This document shows, in pieces, positions 1 to 9,820 of a stretch of DNA of 64,000 nt. The translations under genes and the position numbers were made by a program. Under the pieces are notes generated by a model, which ran no database searches, was not told the origin of the DNA, and was given only the letters and a program-made list of their open reading frames with translations. The DNA is taken from positions 124,001-188,000 of the forward strand of contig JAYWIR010000099.1 of NCBI GenBank assembly GCA_036172245.1, given 5' to 3'. How positions within the stretch are numbered: position 1 is the first letter of the stretch; each line of letters starts with the position of its first letter. The DNA is from Raillietiella orientalis. Taxonomy: Eukaryota.

Positions 1-1414
1 TCCATAAAAGGATGCTGGGAAGGATTGTACATGGAACGAAAGGAGTAGCTTCCACGCATATATGCTTGACAAACAACTGTTTTTCTTTTTATTGTTTCTT
101 GATTGAAGGATTCCTCTCATTCTCGATAGGAAACTGTCCGAATGAGCTGATAGACGTTTGCTACATAAAAAGTTGTTGAAGCGTGTAACAAGGTGCAGCA
201 CGAGTCGTTTCTGTTCGTTGAAGATCGTCCCTGAAAGATATTTTCACCTACCATCGTGAATCCGTTTGAAGAAAAACACACAGACACAGGAAAGTCGCTT
301 TTCAAGGACAGAAATGAGGAATCGAATGTTCCCGAATGGAGTTTTCGTGCGAGGTTATTCGAGGTAATGCTTCGCTCTTTCCGTTAATCGCAGTTCCTAA
401 ACGACATCTGCACCTGATTGAGGATGGACGAAATGTTTGAATCCATTTCAATCACGTGTTTGCATTCGGCAGCATGGTTCCATCAAGCCATCATTGGGTA
501 ATTGGGTGATTACCTCGCAACGCTTCAAGGATCAATTAGTGAAGCTTTCCTTCTTACATTCAAGTGAGATGGGAAGCCTTTTGCTGCAAAGAAGGCATCC
601 TGAAACAAGTCGACGCTTTCCTAATCATGATACGAGATCACGTGATCTCGGAAAAATCAATGGAGCAATGATTACTGGGGAGGACGGATTGGTGAATTTT
701 TAAGCGCAATTACTGAGCACAATCCCCGGATCGGACAGGCAATCCAGAACCATCAACCATCAGAGTTCCCATCTTTCGTGCACGTCTCGAGAAAATTCCG
801 CCGCAAGAGGAGTGGGTGTTTCTGTGCTGGAAGGCTGGAAGGTCTTTTGAGAGTCATGGCAATCATCCCGCTGCAAGCTTCCCGTTCAGAGTCCCGGAAG
901 TCGTCCCTGAAAGCACTGGCTTCTTGAGCTCGAGTCTTTTTCGGAGTAGGATGCCAGCGGGAACATTGCTGGACTTTGTCAGCTTGCTGAAGAAACATCT
1001 CTGACGGCGGCCTTCATCCAGATGGTTTCGACGCGACTCCCTTCTGATCTTCCTCCTCCTCCCCCTTCCCCGGTTTCTCACACATCCCGGTGTTGTTCTA
1101 GACTGTGGATCGCATTCCTCCCCGGTCACTCCTTTGGCACCAACCAACCGAGGCTGCGCTAGAAATCTCGGCCACGATGGGCTCTCCGCTTTGCCCTCAA
1201 GCGTTGGCTTTTCCCTCATTGCATCCTACCGGTCATTCCTGGTATTTCACCCGTAAGACCTGATTTTGTTCCTCATGGCTTCAAGAATTTCGACCGCACT
1301 GGTCCCCGCGCGCGGCACAAAGAGTTGCCGATTCGAATCTCCACGTGTCCAGACATGGGTGCGTCCTGGACTTCCAGTTCCTCCCCAAGATGACGTTGGT
1401 TGGCATATTTAAGT

Positions 1415-2200
1415 GCGGCACTGGTTGACACTTTGACGTGCCAGAGCATTTATGTATAAAATAAACATACATGTCTTTGGCAGGAACCCGCCACGTTACT
1501 TATGAATACGGAAAGGAACCTGTCGGGATCTGGCACGCAGACCAGCGGGGTTCGCCTCGGCAGCACAGGGGAAGGGGAGACGAACAAAAAGAGAAAAAAT
1601 GAAACAAAAAACATAGAGTCAAAAAATGAGGGGGATTCAGGAAGAGATCACTGTATGCTGAAGGGCGTCCTCTGCATCCTTGTAAGAATGTCCGCAAGTT
1701 CCTGTTTCAAGACTCCCAGATGGGGCCACCTTACGCCGTTCTAATGAAGAGGACAGCAAAATAGATGGCATCTCTGTTGTCCTCTGGCGTTGCTCCATTC
1801 AGCCACGGCCCCGCCGCGTGGGCAGCAAAGTGCTGCTAGGGATGCGGCGGGCGTAAGGGCGGCGCTGGTGCAAGCCGGAAACTGTATGCCCCCGATGACT
1901 GGACAGGATTGGAAGATGACCCTCCGGGGACTTTCGGGGTTACCCTCCGAATGTGAAAACGGAGCCGTTGCCATGGAGGGCCTCCATCGAGAACCATGGA
2001 ACTGGCCGACTAATACCTCTCCAGGATGCCGAGAAGCGCTCTGCTCGCTTCGAGTTTCCCCTCCCAAACGAGTGAGAAGAAAGGATTTCTTCCTCAGGAA
2101 CCTTCCTGAATTCATAGGGTGGTCCGCCACCCTAACTTGAAGGGTCGACACACACTTTCGGGCGGCATGGAACTGTGTTGAAGAGCTCCGTTAGCGCCCT
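1415..2200 (-). mobile_element. Composite element: B segment (~2200-1862) fused to the LINE ORF2 end and 3' UTR (~1862-1415)
   Basis: Minus ORF 1741-2151 runs from TLQVR..DHPMN (B family) into ALTPAASLAALCC (A6 C-terminus); the UTR matches 22262-22405 in reverse complement. Confidence 0.7.
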
Positions 2201-2636
2201 TGGAGAGTGATTCTTGCATACTTGGTGGACCAAACTAGAAAAAAAAAGAATTTCGACTTACTACTGCTTCCTTCCCTTTCTTTCCTTCTTGCTTACCGAC
2301 TGCAAAGTGATTTGGAGGGCTGTCGGCTAGGAGCGCTGCAGAGCATTTTTGTTTCTTGTTCATTCAAGGCTTCCTCTGAGTCCATCCTCTGGATCGCCGC
2401 ACACCGAGGTGCTTGCGTTTCCAAAGTACACCGAAAACACCAATTTCGGAGCTCTCGTTGAGTGGGAGTAAACAAGGAAGTGGTCGCGGCACGGAAGCTG
2501 ACCGCCGATTTTGAAGAGAAACCTCAGCTTCCAGGCACTACCTGATGTCAGTTTCCAAGGTCCCAAAAGCGATGGAAGATTCCGCATTTGTTGCTGGACC
2601 CCATGAGGAAGAAAAGGTCTTCACGATGTGCAAAAT

Positions 2637-2843
2637 CTAGAAAATCAGAAAAACAGCACGATAGTAGTAGTAACAATAATAATAATAAACTTTCGATTTA
2701 TTCTTACGCTTCTATCTAGAGATCTTCTAGAGAGAGGAAGTACTGAAAGCTAGAAAATCAGAAAGCACAATAGTAGTAGTAGTAGTAGTGGTAGTAATAA
2801 TGAATGATAAACTTTCGATTCATTCTTACGTTTCAATCTAGAG
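2637..2843 (+). repeat. Imperfect tandem duplication (~113-bp period) containing (TAG)n/(TAA)n microsatellite
   Basis: ctagaaaatcagaaa...taaactttcgatt.attcttacg...tctaga occurs at 2637 and 2750. Confidence 0.85.
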
Positions 2844-4749
2844 GGAACTCCTCGAGAAAGACGGTACTGGACACATCCACTCTCTCTGGTTTTCCCGTCG
2901 CCGGCCAAACCAAATGTTCTTCTCTCTTGAGATGCTTCGCGAATTCCTGCGACGAGCGTCCTCTCTGGAGAAATTCGAAGCGGAATGAAATCCTCGGCTT
3001 CATCCCGATGTTCGTTACTAACTTTCGGATAATCATCTCTTCGCTCCCGCCGATGCCTCTCCTGCGTTTCAAGAATGAGGTTCGTAGGGCCTTCCGAGAC
3101 GCTTGGGTCGGTCTGTCTTCGCAGCAGAGTAGGCAGAAGGAAAAGATCCTCAGGCGTTCCAGAGGAATGCCGGGCCAGCATTCACAACAGTCAGATGCTC
3201 GGAAGGGCTCCATGGTGATGGCAGAGAATCCGCACGGTAAATCATCCGCGTGCGATTCTGGGGATGAATTTCCATCTTATGGTAGAGCGTCGGTTCGTCG
3301 GATTTGGGGTAGGGCTCACGCGATTTAAGCGGGTTAAACGTGGCAACTGACAGAGCTGAAATCGTGGAATTTCTTTTAAGGTGATTCCATGCCAACGGAA
3401 GTCTGCATTCTTTCTTCAACCTCAAGCTAAACAACTAATGAACACTTTTAGTTTTCCCTTCCGCTTCAAAGTGAAACAGTGCGTGTCGTATCGTTACGAT
3501 GCTTGAGGCACACTTTCCATCCTCTGCAAAGACACGTGTGTGGCGCGGAACGCAGCATCCCCCGCTTCATACGGGGTCCCCTGTGCACATGGATGGGCCA
3601 CGATCCAAAGCGCGGACTGGTGAAAACCCTCTTTGGAACCTCAGGGTTCCTTCCAAGAGGATTGCCTCTGACGCTCGTTCACAATGCTCCCAGCGCTGCG
3701 GACGATCGTCGGAGGCTCCACTCTTGGAGGAGTGCTAAGAGCATCCCAAATTGCAGGCCTTCTTGCACTGGTAAAAGGGAAAATTGGATGCTTCTTTTGC
3801 ACGCACACATCTTGGAGGACGAGGAGGAGGAAGTTTTCCCAGTTGCGAGGTCCCTGCCGAGCGAGCTGTGCGCGCCGCCATCGCTCCTTGGAGGCGAAGT
3901 TTCCAGACTTGACTTTGCCGACCTCACCCCCACCGTCGGAATTTTCGCTTCCCCCTTTCCCCTATGGAGTCGACTTTATCGACTGGTTTCGTCTGGAAAA
4001 ATCCCCTCGCTTCGCCTGTGTGTGTGTGTTTTTTTTTCCTCTTCCTTCGCGGAAACAGAGTCGCCGTTCAGCTGATTTCTTGGACTCCGCGATTCTCGAC
4101 CACGTCTTTTCCATGCCAACTCCTCGGTGAGCGCGCACTGGACGATCTGCTCACACTTGATCGCAGATGCGCGCTCGCATCTGCGAGCGGAGCAGGAAGG
4201 GGAAGAGTCCAAGAGACGCCGGCAAACCTCGCGGCTTCGCGGAAGTTCCCTTCCGGCACATTCGCAGCGGGCGTTCGCAAAATGACGACCAGCCTCTCAG
4301 CCTCGGTGCCGTCCGTCGGCGTTCGTCTCTAGCGCTGCTGTCTCGGTCAGCCAAGCTGCAGAGTCGCATAGAGGGAGATCGAGGAAGTAAAGACGACCTG
4401 ACATCCAAATCCCTCCTCCATCTTGCTTTCAAGAACGAAACTGACCTCCCCGCGCGGAACAGCACCAAACTGGACCAAACCGAAAGCAAACATCTGTAAC
4501 GACGCTTTCCGGTCCTGAGACGGACCGATGCGGCATCCCTGGTGCGGGACGGATCTCCCGAAAGAGTATTTCATGCGTGAGACCTCCGCCCGCGGTCGGA
4601 GGTTTTGTGGTTAAGGCTTCCGCGCGTGGCACCACGCGTCGCGGGTTCGAATACTTCGGCAGAAACTGTGACGCCACTGCGTCGTTGGGTGCCGAATTTC
4701 TCCTGCAACGGCGCTGGTTGGCCGAGATATTCGGGCGTGGCACCGGTGG

Positions 4750-5420
4750 TGGATTAAGCCGGAGGCCCCCGATGAAGGCCGGAACAATGGGAGTCGACCT
4801 TCGGGTCCCTCCAGGTTTCAAGGAGTGGAGAGTTCCCCCTCCTGTCGTACAACGGGGAGCGGACCCCCCCACCGGGGGACCCCTTCGGTTTCAAGATGGA
4901 GCAGAAGCCCTCACGGGCACATCTCCAGTTGTTCAAAGGAGCGGACCCTCCCCGTTGCGGGGGGGGCCCTCCGAGTCGTCGCCTTTTCACAGTGTGCACA
5001 AAGGAAGCAAGCGAGAGCGATTCCCTGAGGGAAGCTGCAGCGCCCCTTCTGAGTTTCGGAAGTGTCCCTTCGGGGATCTCTTCAGAGGAGTGAACAGGAG
5101 AGGTTTCCTTGCGGGTTCCCTCAGGAGAAGAAATTCCTACTAGAGAATCCTTTCCGGGTTCCCTGCGGAGAAGTTGAAATGGCGAGGACCACCCCCCATT
5201 ACGGGGGGTGTTCCTCCGGAGAGAATGAGGAAGGAGATTCCCTTCGGGGTTCCCCTTCGGAGACAACCAAGGTGGGAGGTGCGATCCCCCCCGTCCGGAG
5301 GGATTCCTCCCCAAGCGTGAGAGGAACGGACTCCGAGCCCTTCCTGGATTCATAGGGCGGATCCCGGGGTGTCCCCTATCCTGAAGAATTACACGCCCCC
5401 TGCGGGTTGCCGCGGGCGGA
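4750..5420 (-). repeat. Dispersed repeat, family B copy
   Basis: Reverse-complement motifs ttcctggattcataggg, gagacaaccaaggtg and ccccttcgg; boundaries approximate. Confidence 0.7.
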
Positions 5421-8261
5421 GGGGCGTGGAAACAAAACAGTGCGTTAAATGTTTAAAAAAGAGGCACGCGACCGGCTCTGAGGAACGTAGCGTGAGACCT
5501 CCGAAACCTGCGCCCACTGGAAGGCGCAGCCCGAGAGGCTCGAAGAAGCTCTTGCAGCTGTACACTTTCTTGCCTCGACCCACCTCAACGAACGCGTGCT
5601 TGGGACGGGTTGGCTCCCTTTTCGTGATGGCTCGGTTGTGTGAGAAAGTGATGACTTCCTTTTTCACCACCTCGTGACGTATGGACGTTCGCTTCCGGAA
5701 GCGTCCCGTCTCTGGGTTTCGGCTCCTCGATTTTCGGTTGACCTTCCCGCGAGCGCTGCTGCCTCGACCAGCTTAGCAGCGAGCGGCGATTCCAGCTTTC
5801 CCTTCCTTCCAGAGGTTCTGAAAGAAGATGCCTCCGGGGTCAAGCAGCGCGCAGCCAAGGATTTCGGCTTCGCGTTCTCCGTGCAGCCGTGCTCATCTTT
5901 CCCGTGCCGTCCGGGTCGCCAAGCCCCGCGGGGGAGGTTTGCTCAGGAGTGACGCGTAACCATGGAGGGAGGAGGGAAAACGCGTTGCTTTCCGAGCAGA
6001 ACGGCACGATGCATGGAAACGGAAAAGTCCTTTCTTTTCTCTTTTTCCTCATCGACAGTGGGAAACTGGAGTACGGGGGTGCGGTTAGCTGCGATTGTAT
6101 GGGATCTTAGGGCTGTTCCCCTCTCCCCCCCTTTGCGCAAAGCAAATGAAAGCTCAGCAGGAAGACACACTCTTTGCGACGAAACCCGTCGACCCCCGGT
6201 CCGTAATAGAGCTTGTACAACTCCGTTCCACGAGTACTTTTCGTTTGCTCATTGATTGCGGGGAGAGTCGCAGCGCTTCGGGTACGCCGGACATCTGGTC
6301 GCCAAGCGACGTTACTTTCGGAGGAAGCTGCAGCGGGAACCCCGCGTCTCGTTCGGACGCCGCCTCCCCGTTCCCCCCTCCCGGAGACAGCGGTTGTTCA
6401 GTCTTACAGGAAGTCGAGGCCTTTGAGAGAGAGGAGGAAACCGCAGAGAGACGAAGCGCGGCTGTGGAGAAAACGCTCACTGTGCAAGAGACTGCCTCCA
6501 GAGGTTCCTCGGGAGCGATTCCTCGTCACTTCCGCTCACCTTGGCGTCCTCGAGGCTTCGCGGTTGCCTGACCTTCTTTTTGGCTCGAGTGCGGCCGCAG
6601 GACAGATCGAAGGCAGGGTGACGGGTGGTGAAATCGAATCCCACGAGAGAGCTCAGCGGATGAAAGGAAGCGGTTAATTCGGTAAACAAGGAGGAAGCCG
6701 ACGGCAACGGACAGCGCACTCCAGAAGTTTACAGACCACTCTTGGCGTCCCCGGGTAGCGGTAGTCGAGTATTCAACTGTTTGAGAGCATCGCTACAGCG
6801 TTAGAAAGTAGAAATCTCGGAATATTATTGAAGCAACTGGGGAAAGCTAAAATGGGAGTTTGGTTCGTTCGAGTTTACCGGGCGCAATTCTTCTGATTCC
6901 TAGTGGAGATCTGACGAGTGAATGGGCGCTTCCTCGTCAACCAATGTCTCCCAGAAGAGCAAACAATGAATTACGCTGCGGTTCCAATGAAGAGGGAAAG
7001 AGGAGGGAAAGGAGACCGTGTTTTCTACCGTGTTTTCGGCCCATCGAGGTCATCTTTTCGATGGAAACGAGCACTTGGAGAAACGCTTTCGCCCGGAGCT
7101 CTCAACCCGTTCGACTCCTTCCAGCAGCTGCTGCGGGTGATTCCATCGTCTTCCCCATCTCATGATCTGGTTCCAGAGATCCTCCAAGAAGGGTTGCTCG
7201 TTCGCTCGCAGCCTCACGACGGGAAGGCTCTCACGGATTTCTCGATAGCTTCACTCAAGGAAGGAGACTGTTGCTGGTTTCGGAAGAAAAAATGCTGCTG
7301 CCATGGAAAAGTGGGAGAGGGAAACAAAAGATCACTTGCTGGCAATAGAAATTTCTGGAACCATTACGTTTCGGTATTACCGCCATTTTTCGAGACGCCA
7401 TCAGTTGCCCCCAGTCATATGAGCTTTGGTTGCCAAGTGACTACTTTTCCTCCATCAGCGAGAACATTCTCGTGCGATTTGTTCCATCATCCATCAAGTA
7501 CACGTCCTGTTTTCGATCTGTCCTGCGGATGCAGGTCAGGTTGCTGCGAAACCCCGAGGAAGATGCGTCTCAGAGAATGGGTCCAGAGAAGACCTACTGC
7601 ATCCGTGGTTTCATCTGTGGTCTCCCCGTTGCGGCGCTGCTGCAAGGAATAGGAAGAGTGGATCCGGTTCGGCGATGTTTCGTGGCTTTTGCCATGGAAA
7701 CGGATTCGGCGCAGGCACCTGAGCAGCCGCTCGCAATGACCGCAGCTCACAAACGGGCGCGAGCGTACCGGTGTACCCAGCATCCGACAAGTAGACAAGT
7801 CACCTTGGAGACCTTTCATTATTTCACATCAGGCATCTGTCCAACGTCCTGAAATTCCGTTCAGACGTCTCCGTGGAAGGAGAAGCTTCCATGTTTCCTG
7901 GGTCCACTCGAAGGTTCATCTGCATGCTTGCCCACGGCTCCTCTCACACGCGCACCTGACGACATGAGCAGCGGATTTTGCCTCAAATCCTGTCCTGACC
8001 CGGGCTCCACCCTGTTTCTGACGCTGATGTTGGGGTCTCTGCCCCCTACCCCCCATCTTCTCCAAAAGTGCGCGCGTTCATTTCCGGTATAGACGTGCAG
8101 GTTCATCCCGTCGGTTGCATGCGGGAGGCTGGTCGGCGAATCGAGGAAGAGGGGAAGAACGAACGCTGCCGCATCGATCATCCCGCTCTCGGAGGACGAA
8201 ATCTTCGCCCGCGTCGAAGAGCGAGACGGCTCGACCTCTCCCCTCGCGGATCTGTTTAGAC

Positions 8262-9640
8262 TGTCACCTGGGTGAGCCCGGGGCGTTTATTTCATTTATA
8301 AAATAAAATGGACATTTGCAATCTCTGTGGTGGGATCGGTAGTCCAACCAGGTGCTTTTTAGATCCACCCTGGCGCGTTACCGGTTCGCAGACGGGTGAG
8401 GTCCGCCACGGAAGCAGAGGGGGGGAGGGGACGAACAAAAAAAAAAAAAAAAACAAGAACTAAAAAAAAAAAGGTGGTACCTCGGTACTCGTCGATGTTT
8501 CGTTCCGGAGCTCGTGACGAGTGCCGAAATCGACGAGTACCGAACGAGTTCCTTCCTAGTCTTCGTGGTATCATTTTCAACCCTTTTAGGACCCATGATT
8601 AACGCTTAAAATGTACAGAAAGCACACAAAAGAGGGAACGATTCGTGGGGGGCTCTGTGGAAGTGTTCGGCACTGTTCGCGAGCCACCGTGGGGCGAAAG
8701 CGTTCACTCGTTTCAGCATGAGTGGGTGGGGTGATGTCGAGTTCCGAGCATGCGCCGAGTGTCGAAACTTTTTTTTCCTCGGCGAAACAACGAGTGCTGA
8801 GTTTGACGAGTTTTTAAACCGTCGAGTACCGACGCATCACTGTAAATACACTTATTAGGGGGTGCGGGAAGAGATCACTGTCTGCTGGCAGCGGTCCTCT
8901 ATATCGTTTGTAGGATACCGGCAAGCTCTTGCTACATGTTATTTTCCAGGTGGGGTCATCTCATTGCCGTCCTCATGAATCGGACGACAGAGCGGATGCC
9001 ACCCCTGTCTCTCCGTCCTCCCCTTGCGGCGCTCCGTGCCGCGCCACGATCCCGCGTAGGCAGTGATCCCGGCTGCAGGCGAGCCTGCCGGTCTGAGGGC
9101 TTCGCAAACGAGAGGGGGGTTTCAGAGGGTTCCAAGGGCCGCGGAGGAGCGCTCCCAAAGGGACCAGAGGGCAACACGACCCACAAGCGGTTGCAGGAGG
9201 GATTAACTCTTCCCGCTCTTGCCACAGTTGGGGTTCGCCCCCTTCCCCCCACGTCCAGCGATGCCGACGGGCGTTGCACGGGAGGCTCCTGTGCAGCAGC
9301 AGCATCCGCGCCAAGTCCTGCTCCACTTTAAGGGGAAGGCGTGGGTGTCCAGAAGCACTGGGGGCCACTGCAGGTCTTCCACCGGAATGCCCAGCAACTC
9401 GCTCCAGAGCCAAAGTGTCCTCGGGGTGGAGCATTCGGGGTCGCAACATCCGTAAGCTGGCCCATCATCCACTCGCCCAGTCTTCTCCTCCTGACGGAAA
9501 TTTCCCGCTGGTCCTTTTCGAGGGAGACGTGGCAGAGGTTTCTGCAGTGCATCATCCGGACGTCGTCGTCGCTTCCCGCGCGCCTTCCGGCGCATCGAGG
9601 CCTTACGCCCCCCCCGGACCCCGAACGACGCGTCGCTACG
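8262..9640 (-). mobile_element. LINE 3' fragment (A2), interrupted by a MITE-like insert; boundaries approximate
   Basis: Minus-strand peptides [29 protein letters not shown] and [16 protein letters not shown] match A6; shares the gggaag(a/g)gatcac and A-rich UTR block. Confidence 0.8.
8472..8842. mobile_element. Non-autonomous DNA transposon (MITE-like, possibly hAT) nested in the LINE 3' UTR
   Basis: Left end aggtggtacctcggtactcg versus reverse-complemented right end cagtgatgcgtcggtactcg (15/20 identical); repeated subterminal (g/a)acgagt motifs; segment absent from paralogous LINE copies A3, A5 and A6. Confidence 0.6.
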
Positions 9641-9666
9641 CAACCTTACACGTGCTCCTGTTTCAG

Positions 9667-9820
9667 AGATGCCTCACCACTCTCGATCTCACCTCCCTTG
9701 GAGTCGGCAGCTGCGTGGGCACCGGGATGTACCTGGTGGCTGGCCTGGTGGCCCATAACTACGCGGGTCCCGGCGTCGTCCTGTCTTTCGTGATTGCTGC
9801 AGTCGCTTCGTTGCTATCAG
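9667..9820 (+). CDS. SLC7A14: SLC7A14-like exon (TM1-TM2)
   Basis: tttcag|AGATGCCTC...CTATCAG|gttggt; encodes [51 protein letters not shown]. Confidence 0.93.

Noticed and set aside
6146..6260. MKAQQEDTLFATKPVD as the transporter N-terminus (TKPV resemblance)
   Set aside because: Only a 4-residue resemblance, with no convincing phase-0 donor at the expected distance.
9490..9600. + strand peptide [14 protein letters not shown] as the missing transporter N-terminal exon
   Set aside because: No start codon or suitable splice donor, out of frame with the next exon, and the DNA resembles the LINE continuation at 18570-18700.
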